Shown piece by piece: positions 46,203-54,900 of a stretch of 57,025 bases of DNA (position 1 is its first letter; every line of letters starts with the position of its first letter). The DNA comes from Escherichia phage PLYYY01, in the sequence record MZ911962.1. One strand, written 5' to 3'. Below the pieces are notes generated by a model. The model did no database searches, had not been told where the DNA came from, and saw nothing but the letters and a program-made list of their open reading frames with translations. The translations under genes and the position numbers were made by a program.

Positions 46203-46595
46203 ATGCTATTAGTTGTCACCGGAGGGCGTAATTTTAAACATGTAGAGTATATTTATGCTCAACTGGATAAGTTGCATATGCAAAGAAGGATAACCACACT
46301 TCGCCACGGTGACGCTGACGGTGTTGACCGCATTTGCGCACATTGGGCGGAGCGGAACGGTATTAAGACGGAGGCGTTTCCTGCGCCGTGGGACAATCTT
46401 TCACTGCCAAATACCAAGATACGATATAACGCCAAAGGAGCTTATAATGCGCAAGCAGGCGCTTACCGTAATCAATTAATGCTGGATACTGATCCTAAAC
46501 CAGATCACGCTATTGTGTTTCCGGGCGGAGCTGGTACTATGGACATGTACAGACGGATTAAAGCATCCGGTATTCCTTACACATTAGCGGAGTAA
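46203..46595 (+). CDS. hypothetical Rossmann-like protein (SLOG/DprA-like fold suspected)
   Basis: 130-aa ORF with LLVVTGGRNF...HGDADGVD...IVFPGGAGT pattern reminiscent of nucleotide-binding SLOG-type domains. Tentative. Confidence 0.3.
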   Translation: MLLVVTGGRNFKHVEYIYAQLDKLHMQRRITTLRHGDADGVDRICAHWAERNGIKTEAFPAPWDNLSLPNTKIRYNAKGAYNAQAGAYRNQLMLDTDPKPDHAIVFPGGAGTMDMYRRIKASGIPYTLAE

Positions 46596-46598
46596 ATA

Positions 46599-47069
46599 AT
46601 GGCTGACGTTAAAACTATTGTTGATGCAATGGACGAATCCAAAGACTGCCAACTGAAGAAGTCGTTTGAAGTAAAACAGGTTACAGAGACTCAGTTGATA
46701 AGCAACTTTGCGCGTTATTGCGGATTGGGTCGCGGGAAGGACTGGAATGGGCTCATTGTAATGCCTACATCGCAGATCCTGCTATATATCCGCAACGTTG
46801 TAGAAGATGTTCTGCGTCTTCAGGTTGAAATCGGTGATGTAGAAATTAACATGACCGCGAGCTCTACCATTGTGGTTAAATGGCAGTCGGGCGAGACACT
46901 TCGTTTAGAAGCGTGCCATTGCGCTAAGAGCTTGCATCACCTACGCGGTTGTCACTACCAGTTTGTTGGGTTTGTGCATCTACAAGGGTTAAGCGGGCGT
47001 ACGGCGATGGTAGCGCGTTTGCTGCTGCGTCCTTATAATAACGAGCCGGAAGTCATATACGAGGCATAA
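46599..47069 (+). CDS. hypothetical protein
   Basis: 156-aa ORF. Confidence 0.4.
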   Translation: MADVKTIVDAMDESKDCQLKKSFEVKQVTETQLISNFARYCGLGRGKDWNGLIVMPTSQILLYIRNVVEDVLRLQVEIGDVEINMTASSTIVVKWQSGETLRLEACHCAKSLHHLRGCHYQFVGFVHLQGLSGRTAMVARLLLRPYNNEPEVIYEA

Positions 47070-47070
47070 G

Positions 47071-47277
47071 ATGGAAACTCCATTGGCTAAACAAATGATA
47101 GAGCGTGCTGATCGGGACGGTTTGTCCGAAGACCATGCTATGCGTCGAACTGCACAAGCGTTTGACGAAATTAGCGTTAATTACGCTATGGGAAAGAGCA
47201 CGCCTAAAGGCTTACTGGGCGCATGGGCTCGCGCTCGTCGCTGCTGGTGCAACTACACCGGAGAACCGCTTGTATGA
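47071..47277 (+). CDS. hypothetical protein
   Basis: 68-aa ORF; stop overlaps the next start (ATGA). Confidence 0.35.
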   Translation: METPLAKQMIERADRDGLSEDHAMRRTAQAFDEISVNYAMGKSTPKGLLGAWARARRCWCNYTGEPLV

Positions 47278-47696
47278 TTAAACATGTCAAACAGCCAACT
47301 TTAAATACATGCGTTTCTGCGTGTTTGGCAATGATCCTTAATAAACCTGTTGAGAAGGTGATTGAGGAATTTCATAGTCGTGATTATAACAACTGGGAAA
47401 TCACTATCAGCGAATATTTGACTAAAAACGGCGTCCAGCATCATTGTTCAGAAGGTGGTGGGCGCGAAACTTTGCATATGGGAGGTTTGTTCCTGTGCAC
47501 GGTGCCAAGTCTTAATATTCCGGGCGCATTGCACCAGATTGTGATTGATATGACAGATCACAAGTTTATTGTGCATGATCCAATTAAAGGATGGGAAGGT
47601 AAAAAGTTCTATGTTGGTCCGGATCAAGATCCTGAAGAGCCTGGAGCTTTTATCATTCATACTTGGGTCAAAGACGTTGAAATCCTACCTTATTAA
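47274..47696 (+). CDS. C39-like (papain-fold) cysteine peptidase
   Basis: Start at ATG 47274. Motif QPTLNTCVSACLAMIL matches the C39 catalytic Cys region. Downstream HQIVIDMTDHKFIVHDP matches the His/Asp region. Confidence 0.5.
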   Translation: MIKHVKQPTLNTCVSACLAMILNKPVEKVIEEFHSRDYNNWEITISEYLTKNGVQHHCSEGGGRETLHMGGLFLCTVPSLNIPGALHQIVIDMTDHKFIVHDPIKGWEGKKFYVGPDQDPEEPGAFIIHTWVKDVEILPY

Positions 47697-47758
47697 TTTT
47701 CTTGCTATCACATAACCCTTCATTGTATTGTGTACCCATCGAATAAGAGGGGTACACA

Positions 47759-47944
47759 ATGACCAAACTATACGCCGGATTGTTTTTATTTGCGACGTTA
47801 ATGTTCGCTGGGCTTTATACCTATACAGTAGTCGAACAACCTTCCACGGTTATCCGAATCTTTGCAAGTACAGGACTGTGCATCTGCCTTATTCTGTTTG
47901 TTTTATGTATTGTTATTATCCAAGACCAAAGGAAAATTAAATGA
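47759..47944 (+). CDS. hypothetical small membrane protein
   Basis: 61-aa ORF with two hydrophobic transmembrane-like segments. Confidence 0.4.
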   Translation: MTKLYAGLFLFATLMFAGLYTYTVVEQPSTVIRIFASTGLCICLILFVLCIVIIQDQRKIK

Positions 47945-48405
47945 CCACAATTGCGTTTGATGGAAAAGTATTAGCTGCGGACCGTGGAGTTATGCGCGGG
48001 GAAGCTGTGACTGCTTATAAGAAAGTTCATAGCGTAAATGGACATCGTGGACGGTTTTTACTGGGCTTGTGCGGCCTTACAGCATTTACCGATCAGGTGT
48101 TGCGTTATTTTAATAGCGCGGAACCTGTTAAGTTCCCTGATATTAAACTTTACAGCAAAGATGATGATTACGGGCAAACTTGCGGTCTTGCGGTTACTCC
48201 GGAAGGTACTTGCCATTTTATTTATAATGATGGTACTTTGAGCGAACCCATGCTGGATGGATGGGGATCTGAGGGTAGCGGTTGTGTGTTTGCTGCTGGC
48301 GCGTTAGCTGCTGGTGCAAGTGCGAGCGAAGCTATTGAGTTAGCAATTAAACACACCACATGCGCATTCCTGGGAGTTGATACAATATCATTTGAGGGTT
48401 TTTAA
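47941..48405 (+). CDS. HslV-like N-terminal-nucleophile hydrolase (proteasome beta-subunit fold)
   Basis: ATG 47941 preceded by AAGGA. N-terminus MTTIAFDGKVLAADRG (Thr right after Met, as in HslV). C-terminal GSEGSGCVFAAGALAAG...AIELAIKH resembles the HslV GSGG region. Confidence 0.45.
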   Translation: MTTIAFDGKVLAADRGVMRGEAVTAYKKVHSVNGHRGRFLLGLCGLTAFTDQVLRYFNSAEPVKFPDIKLYSKDDDYGQTCGLAVTPEGTCHFIYNDGTLSEPMLDGWGSEGSGCVFAAGALAAGASASEAIELAIKHTTCAFLGVDTISFEGF

Positions 48406-48666
48406 ATGACTACATTCAGTCACCTGATCCCACCTGCTTATCATAGTAAGGTAGTTGACCACGGGACGCATGTTGTAATTGGTGGCGAAATCTTTATCAC
48501 AGATAACGAGGAAATCGCCATTGCAATTATTGACAGCACTCAGCATGACTTTATGGTTATCCTGCAACACGAACCAGATAACTTCACTTTTTACTCCAGC
48601 TACGGGGTCGATAAAGGTGGAAAAAGCCTTGTCAGCTGGTACATTAGCGAGTGGTTTGACGGGTAA
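48406..48666 (+). CDS. hypothetical protein
   Basis: 86-aa ORF. Confidence 0.35.
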   Translation: MTTFSHLIPPAYHSKVVDHGTHVVIGGEIFITDNEEIAIAIIDSTQHDFMVILQHEPDNFTFYSSYGVDKGGKSLVSWYISEWFDG

Positions 48667-48748
48667 TCTCCTTAGATCAATTCTCCTTGCGCCGTATCAA
48701 GTTTCTCTGTTACCCTTGAGTGGTTCATGTCAAGCGGAGGAACTCGAT

Positions 48749-49186
48749 ATGGCACTTCAACCTCGTGGTATTCGTAATAACAATCCAGGTAATATTCGCT
48801 GGGGTGACAATTGGCAGGGATTGGTCCCTGTTGATAAGCGGACCGACAAATCTTTTGCACAATTTACGCAACCGATCTACGGCATCCGCGCTCTGGCGAA
48901 AGTCCTGACCAACTACACCAAACGTGAAGGCGTGCCCAATGTGGGTAAGAAAAACATCGACACTGTACGTGAAATTATCGCTCGCTGGGCCCCGCCTAAC
49001 GAAAACGATACGGAAGCGTATATTCGTTCTGTTGCCAAAGCAATTGGTGTTGAACCTAACGATCCAATCAATGTCTTCGACAAGACGATAATGTCAGGTT
49101 TGGTGAAAGCAATCATTCGTCATGAAGATGGCATGATGCCTTATACTGATGACGTAATCGACCGCGCTATTGCAATGGTAATTTAA
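48749..49186 (+). CDS. putative endolysin (call by position in lysis cassette)
   Basis: ATG 48749 preceded by GCGGAGG. 146-aa product begins MALQPRGIRNNNPGNIRWGDNWQG. Immediately upstream of a holin-like gene and the spanins. Confidence 0.4.
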   Translation: MALQPRGIRNNNPGNIRWGDNWQGLVPVDKRTDKSFAQFTQPIYGIRALAKVLTNYTKREGVPNVGKKNIDTVREIIARWAPPNENDTEAYIRSVAKAIGVEPNDPINVFDKTIMSGLVKAIIRHEDGMMPYTDDVIDRAIAMVI

Positions 49187-49189
49187 CTG

Positions 49190-49567
49190 ATGGGGCGTCA
49201 GCCCCTTTTTATTGGAGGGAACATGTTCAACTCATCAAACGAACATTGGGCAGTTCTAGCGGGGTTTGCTCTGATTTCCCTCATTGGGGGAGCTCTCGGT
49301 TACGTCATGCGCACAATTGACGCTGGTAAGAAAGTACGGTTAAGCATTGCATGTCTTGAAGGCTTATCCGCCGCGTTCTTCGGCGTTATAATGTACGCGA
49401 TCTACAGGGAGTTTAATATCAGCCTTTGGTTCGCTTTTGGCCTCGCTGGCCTATTCGCTTGGGCGGGTTCACGTGCTACGTTAAAAGCTCTAAAGTCGCT
49501 TCTAGCATCGCGGACAGGGATCAAACTCGACTCAGAGGACTGCAAACATGAAAATGATTCTAAATAA
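49190..49567 (+). CDS. holin-like membrane protein
   Basis: 125-aa ORF with three hydrophobic transmembrane-like segments and a charged C-terminus; lies between the endolysin-like and spanin genes. Confidence 0.45.
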   Translation: MGRQPLFIGGNMFNSSNEHWAVLAGFALISLIGGALGYVMRTIDAGKKVRLSIACLEGLSAAFFGVIMYAIYREFNISLWFAFGLAGLFAWAGSRATLKALKSLLASRTGIKLDSEDCKHENDSK

Positions 49568-50024
49568 CTTCTTCGGCTTCATAAAAGCTAAGCCCCGTCT
49601 GTTTATCGAGTACCTGATGATCGGCGCGGTTGTGTTTTTATGCGGAGTGGCCGCCTACCTGTGGTCACAGAACGAGCTTAACAAATCAAATTTAAGTTTG
49701 GCTGAAGAACGTTTAACCGTTGTGGAGAAAGACAATGCAAATCTGGGCGAGGCTGTTGTATTTCTTGCTGCACAAAGGGAGAAGGACACGGACTCTTTCA
49801 AGAAACTAACTTCTGCAATTCAAGATGAACAACATAACCACAAGTTGCTTCAGGACAAGTTGCAGACACTGGAGAAAAGCAATGCCGACGTCAAAGCTTA
49901 TCTTAACGAGCGTATTCCTGATGATTTGCGCAGGTTGCTCGACGCAGACTCAACCTCCCCCAGCTCCACAGATAGTGAAGGTAAGACTACCAGCGCATCT
50001 ACTGGTGGAATGTCGGGAAGTTGA
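49548..50024 (+). CDS. i-spanin (Rz-like)
   Basis: 158-aa ORF with N-terminal transmembrane segment, coiled-coil periplasmic region and a Ser/Thr-rich C-terminus. Confidence 0.6.
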   Translation: MKMILNNFFGFIKAKPRLFIEYLMIGAVVFLCGVAAYLWSQNELNKSNLSLAEERLTVVEKDNANLGEAVVFLAAQREKDTDSFKKLTSAIQDEQHNHKLLQDKLQTLEKSNADVKAYLNERIPDDLRRLLDADSTSPSSTDSEGKTTSASTGGMSGS

Positions 50025-50187
50025 GAAAATTCCTTTGGTTTACACAAGAGATATTATCCGACGTTTACAGGATACAGAAACTGCTCTGACTGAATGTAAG
50101 CTAAGGGTTAAGGAAATCATACGCTATGAAGCTGAAAATGTTTCGCTTGATTTTGTAGGATCAAGCAATTATATTCAGCCTAAATAG
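49882..50187 (+). CDS. o-spanin (Rz1-like lipoprotein), overlapped with i-spanin in the +1 frame
   Basis: ATG 49882 preceded by GGAGAAAAG. Product MPTSKLILTSVFLMICAGCSTQTQPPPAPQ has a signal-like segment with Cys (non-canonical lipobox) followed by a Pro-rich stretch. Confidence 0.55.
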   Translation: MPTSKLILTSVFLMICAGCSTQTQPPPAPQIVKVRLPAHLLVECREVEKIPLVYTRDIIRRLQDTETALTECKLRVKEIIRYEAENVSLDFVGSSNYIQPK

Positions 50188-50207
50188 CAATAAGAAGGGG
50201 AGCTTCC

Positions 50208-50765
50208 ATGAACGGGGCAAGTCAAGAGCAATATGATCGTGACTGGACGAACTATATCCAGTATGCAAATAGCTTGTCCGCTGACGAGATGGCAATACGT
50301 GACAAAGTTGTTGCTGAGTATATGTTCGACTACAATTGGACTAACGCTTGCATGAGATGCGGGTTCAATGCTATGTTTGCACAGGAGCTTGGCCAACGCT
50401 TTGCCACGGACTGTTACGTTCGATGGAAGCTCAAGGAGATTGAAAGATCCCGTGTTCAACGTACTTCTGAGCAAGCTAACATTGAAGCAGACCTTGAGCG
50501 TCAGCATATCATTGAAGCATTAAAACGTGAAGCTCATTATACAGGACCGGGATCTTCTCAAGCTGCTAGAGTAGCTGCATTGGGCAAGCTTGCACAAATT
50601 TATGATTTGGATGCGCCCAAGAAGGCTAAAATTGATGTTACTAACAGAGGCGGCGTAATGATAGTCCCTGCTGTAGCAAATATTGACGAATGGGAAAAAA
50701 CTGCATCCGAGTCTCAACAACGACTAGTTAAAGAGACTGAAGATGGAGCTAAACCGACAACCTGA
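50208..50765 (+). CDS. terminase small subunit
   Basis: 185-aa ORF directly upstream of and overlapping the large terminase gene; assignment by position. Confidence 0.5.
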   Translation: MNGASQEQYDRDWTNYIQYANSLSADEMAIRDKVVAEYMFDYNWTNACMRCGFNAMFAQELGQRFATDCYVRWKLKEIERSRVQRTSEQANIEADLERQHIIEALKREAHYTGPGSSQAARVAALGKLAQIYDLDAPKKAKIDVTNRGGVMIVPAVANIDEWEKTASESQQRLVKETEDGAKPTT

Positions 50766-52302
50766 TAACATGCCGCGAGTAGTCTGGAAGCCACATCCAG
50801 GTTCACAGACGCTCGCTTTATCCTGTCCTGCTGATATCATTTTATACCACGGTACTCGCGGTCCTGGAAAGACGGACTGTCAGCTTATGCGTTTCCGTAA
50901 GAATGTTGGCGTAGGGTACGGTAAATTCTGGAAGGGTATTATATTCGACCGTGAATATAAAAACCTTGATGACCTTGTAACTAAGTCACAGCGTTGGTTT
51001 CCTGAATTTAAAGACGGTGCTAAATTCCTTAGTTCCAAGTCTGATTATAAATGGGTTTGGCCTACTGGGGAAGAATTGCTGTTCCGTGTTGCTTGCAAAG
51101 AAAAGGATTATTGGTCTTATCATGGTCACGAATACCCGTTTATCGGATGGAACGAATTAACAAAGTATCCGGACGGGCGTTTGTTTGAAGCAATGATGTC
51201 CTGTAACCGTTCATCCTTCCTACCCGAAGATAATCCAATTATCAATCCGGACGGTACTGTTACATATTTACCAGACATTCCTCTGGAAGTGTTTGCTACC
51301 AGTAACCCGTTTGGTGCGGGGCATAACTGGGTTAAGAAACGCTTCATTGACGCTGCACCGATGGGTAAGATACTCAGGAAAACTACGCGAGTGTTTAACC
51401 CGCGGACGCAGAAAGAGGAAGATGTGGTTACGACGCAATGTCATATCTTCGGATCTTACCGTGAGAACAAAAACCTAAGTCCGAAATATATTGCAGAGCT
51501 TATGTCTATCACAGACCCGAACAAACGCGCTGCATGGTTGGGCGGTAGCTGGGATATCACCTCCGGTGGTATGTTCGATGATCTGTGGCGTAGCACTGTT
51601 CATAAAATACGTCCATTTCCAATTCCTTCAAGCTGGAAGATTACACGTTCTTTCGACTGGGGTTCTTCAAAACCATTCTCTGTTGGCTGGTGGGCTATTA
51701 GTGATGGTTCGGATGTTGTACGTGAAGATGGTACTACATTCTCTACTGTTCGCGGTGACTTATTCCGTATTAACGAGTGGTACGGCACTAACGGTAAAAC
51801 AAACGAAGGTCTACATTTGCTGGACTCAGAGATTGCAAGCGGTATACTGGAGCGGGAATTGGCCTGGGGTATACACGATCGTGTAGTTCCTGGACCTGCG
51901 GATAACTCTATTTGGGATCTGGAGAACAATAACTCTACCGCCGCAACAATGGCGAAGAAAATCCGTCTTAACGGCAAGCTGTATAACGGCATCCATTGGA
52001 AGAGAAGTGATAAATCTGCTGGGTCGCGTAAACGCGGATGGCAGAAAATGCGTGAGTTTCTTAAAGCTGCATTGCGGGAAGATGCAAACGGTAAGCCTTT
52101 GCCGGGACCACGTGAAAATCCAGCAATGTATGTTTTCGATAACTGCAATTATTTCTTTGAACTTGTTCCAAGTCTTCCGCGCGATGAAGTAGATCAGGAC
52201 GACGTTGATACGGAATGTGAAGACCATATGGGCGATGAAGTACGTTATATGGTTCTGGATCAAGCTGTTTATACAGGTGTCGGTAAAACTATCGGTATTT
52301 AA
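50743..52302 (+). CDS. terminase large subunit
   Basis: 519-aa ORF with Walker A GTRGPGKTD and C-terminal nuclease-like acidic motifs. Confidence 0.85.
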   Translation: MELNRQPDNMPRVVWKPHPGSQTLALSCPADIILYHGTRGPGKTDCQLMRFRKNVGVGYGKFWKGIIFDREYKNLDDLVTKSQRWFPEFKDGAKFLSSKSDYKWVWPTGEELLFRVACKEKDYWSYHGHEYPFIGWNELTKYPDGRLFEAMMSCNRSSFLPEDNPIINPDGTVTYLPDIPLEVFATSNPFGAGHNWVKKRFIDAAPMGKILRKTTRVFNPRTQKEEDVVTTQCHIFGSYRENKNLSPKYIAELMSITDPNKRAAWLGGSWDITSGGMFDDLWRSTVHKIRPFPIPSSWKITRSFDWGSSKPFSVGWWAISDGSDVVREDGTTFSTVRGDLFRINEWYGTNGKTNEGLHLLDSEIASGILERELAWGIHDRVVPGPADNSIWDLENNNSTAATMAKKIRLNGKLYNGIHWKRSDKSAGSRKRGWQKMREFLKAALREDANGKPLPGPRENPAMYVFDNCNYFFELVPSLPRDEVDQDDVDTECEDHMGDEVRYMVLDQAVYTGVGKTIGI

Positions 52303-52313
52303 CTGGAGGGTAT

Positions 52314-53810
52314 ATGGGTATTGATGCAACTCACCCGCTATATGACAAGTGGAAGGATGCATGGGTTAAGTGCAACGACTGCTATGAGGGTGAAGATAAA
52401 ATTAAGGAAGAAGGTGTTAAATATCTACCACCTTTAGCTTCCATGATTATTGATGGGATGAATAATCCTAATGATTTGGGCTTTCAACGTTGGCTTGCTT
52501 ATCGTCTGCGTGCTAACTTCCCTGACGATTATTCAAGTGCTGTTACAAACAATTTAGGTCTGCTGCACCAGAAGCCGCCTACAATCCAGCTTCCTCCTGA
52601 AATGGAGTACATGCGGGAGCTGTGTACTGCGGACGGTGAAGACATTATTGCTCTGCTACGTCGCATCAACGAAATGCAGTTAAAAAATGGACGTTTGGGC
52701 CTGCTGCTGGACTTGCCAAAAGGTGAGGATGTAAATAACAGACCGTATATTAGCGTTTATGATGCTTTATCCATTATCAACTGGGATGATGGTAAAGATG
52801 AATTAGGCAATATCAACTTGAACATGGTTGTTCTGGATGAAAGCGGGCCTGTACGTGTCAATCAGTTTGACTGGAAAGAAGAGAAGCGTTATCGCGTCCT
52901 GCAATTAGGCCCGATGGACACAGATGAAGTTGCAGGTGGAGCGGTCTACTCCCAGCATTTATTTATCAACAATACCAATTATGATGAAGGGCAAATGATT
53001 GCTCCTTATTATAAAGGTAATACGCTGGACGAAATACCTTTCCAGTTTGTTAATACAACAGATATTACACCAGCACCGGAAGCGCCTCCATTGTTGGGGC
53101 TAGCTAACATCTGCCTAAGCATGTACCGAAGCGACGCTGATTACCGTCAAAGTCTGCATATGCAGGGTCAGGACACGTTAGTTGTTGTTGGTGGCTCGGG
53201 TGAGAATGGAGATAAAGCCCCTCAGCGCATCGGTCCCGGAGCGGTCATTAACGTTGCTCTTGGGGGTGACGCTAAATATGTAGGCGTTAGCGGTGACGGT
53301 TTGTCCGAGCAACGCCTTGCCCTAGCAGCGGATAAGCAGGAAGCTCAGATTAAAGCTGGGCAGATGGTAAACAACACCAAGAGCACGCAGGAATCAGGCG
53401 AAGCTATGAAAACGCGTATTGCTGCGCGTACCGCTAGCCTGATTCGAATTGCGTATACTGGCGCGGCAGGTTTGGAAAACTTGCTGAAGGTCTGCGCTAA
53501 ATGGATGGGTGCTGATCCAGAGAAAGTTGTGGTTAAGCCTAATCTTGAATTTACCAAGAGTATGTTCAATGGTCAGGACTTTGTTCAAATTATTACTGCA
53601 CGCAACCTTAAGGCTCCGATCAGCTTGCAGTCTATTCATGGCTGGCTTGTTGATCAGGGCTTAACCACACTAAGCTTTGAAGAAGAAATGGCAATTCTTG
53701 AAGAAGAGCTTAAGAAGTGGCCTCTGCCCGATGATGCTAAAGCTGATTTAAACGCAGAGCAGCAAGTAAACAAAGATCCTAAGGAAGACGACGCTTCCGA
53801 TAAAGAATAG
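52314..53810 (+). CDS. portal protein
   Basis: 498-aa ORF immediately after the large terminase with an acidic C-terminal tail; assignment by order and size. Confidence 0.65.
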   Translation: MGIDATHPLYDKWKDAWVKCNDCYEGEDKIKEEGVKYLPPLASMIIDGMNNPNDLGFQRWLAYRLRANFPDDYSSAVTNNLGLLHQKPPTIQLPPEMEYMRELCTADGEDIIALLRRINEMQLKNGRLGLLLDLPKGEDVNNRPYISVYDALSIINWDDGKDELGNINLNMVVLDESGPVRVNQFDWKEEKRYRVLQLGPMDTDEVAGGAVYSQHLFINNTNYDEGQMIAPYYKGNTLDEIPFQFVNTTDITPAPEAPPLLGLANICLSMYRSDADYRQSLHMQGQDTLVVVGGSGENGDKAPQRIGPGAVINVALGGDAKYVGVSGDGLSEQRLALAADKQEAQIKAGQMVNNTKSTQESGEAMKTRIAARTASLIRIAYTGAAGLENLLKVCAKWMGADPEKVVVKPNLEFTKSMFNGQDFVQIITARNLKAPISLQSIHGWLVDQGLTTLSFEEEMAILEEELKKWPLPDDAKADLNAEQQVNKDPKEDDASDKE

Positions 53811-53905
53811 TTGCAACTTGCAAGTTGATCGGTTTATATTAACGAACACGGGGCTGGGACGGCTCAGCTCCAAAAACGTCACACGGGTGACAACGGAGAT
53901 AAGAA

Positions 53906-54778
53906 ATGAAAAAGAGTTCTGTAGCTATTAGTGTTGGTTTTGCTCTAATTAATCCACGCGCTCGCGGTGAAGGTGATGTGGAACTGGAATACGAATATGC
54001 ATCTGCGGAAGAGATCCCGGCAGAGTTTGCTGCTCTTTACGCAGAGCAGGGTGGTAAATACGTTCTTGCAAAAGTTAAAGGTGTAGCCCCTGCTGATAGC
54101 GTTCGTCGTCTGGAAAGTGCATTAGCAAAAGAACGTAACGATCATCGTCAGGTGAAGCAACAGATTAGCGCACTTGGGCGTCCGGTTGAAGAAGTTCTTG
54201 CGGACCTTGATCGTATCCCTCAACTGGAAGCTGCCGCTAACGGTAAAGGTACTCCGGAAGACATCGAAAAGATGGTTAAAGCCCGTCTTGCGCCGCTTGA
54301 GCGCCAATTGCAAACTGTTATCACCGAGCGTGACACGGTTAAGCAGGAAATTGAAGGATACCGCACTCGCGAAACTAAAGCGAAGATTAAAGATGCAGTT
54401 ATTGCCGCTGCTTCTGGTGCTAAATTGCGTCCATCTGCTATCGAAGACGCTGTAACTTATGCACAGTTGCAGATGACCGTCGACGAGAACGGCAATGTGG
54501 TTACGAAAGATGGGGCTGGTGTAACTCCTTACCTGACTCCGGCGGACTGGCTGAACGAAATCCTTCCGAAGCGTCCGCACTGGGTTGAAGGATCTGCTGG
54601 TGGCGGTGCATCTGGTCCGGGTGCTGGCGGCCATCACGGTGAAGACCCATACAGTCACGACGGCTGGAACATCTCTAAGCAGATGAACCTCTGGAAAACT
54701 AACCAATCTTTAGCTAAACGTTTAGCTGAAAAGAATGGCGTAGACCCGCTGAAGCCTGTACGTCCTGCTAAGAAATAA
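53906..54778 (+). CDS. scaffolding protein (putative)
   Basis: 290-aa ORF, Ala/Glu/Lys-rich helical-looking, between portal and major capsid genes. Confidence 0.45.
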   Translation: MKKSSVAISVGFALINPRARGEGDVELEYEYASAEEIPAEFAALYAEQGGKYVLAKVKGVAPADSVRRLESALAKERNDHRQVKQQISALGRPVEEVLADLDRIPQLEAAANGKGTPEDIEKMVKARLAPLERQLQTVITERDTVKQEIEGYRTRETKAKIKDAVIAAASGAKLRPSAIEDAVTYAQLQMTVDENGNVVTKDGAGVTPYLTPADWLNEILPKRPHWVEGSAGGGASGPGAGGHHGEDPYSHDGWNISKQMNLWKTNQSLAKRLAEKNGVDPLKPVRPAKK

Positions 54779-54792
54779 GTTGACATCCCGAC

Positions 54793-54825
54793 GTCCCTGA
54801 TGTTAAGTTTCAACACATCAGGGAC
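54793..54825 (+). promoter_or_regulatory. long perfect hairpin upstream of major capsid gene
   Basis: 11-bp perfect stem GTCCCTGATGT / ACATCAGGGAC with 11-nt loop, no following T-run. TTGACA hexamer at 54780-54785 just upstream. Confidence 0.4.
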
Positions 54826-54900
54826 ACGGGTTCCTAAACAGCCTTCCACGGGGAAAGGCTACCAACAGTAAACAAATCAATCCTTTTCCTGGAGACAAGT

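Noticed and set aside
48479-48748. Upstream extension of the endolysin-like ORF (track start 48479)
   Set aside because: The extension overlaps the 48406-48666 ORF in another frame and lacks an RBS, whereas ATG 48749 has a strong GGAGG.
54780-54808. Sigma-70 promoter call from TTGACA at 54780-54785
   Set aside because: The hexamer 17 nt downstream (TTAAGT) is a poor -10 match; reported only as part of the hairpin region.
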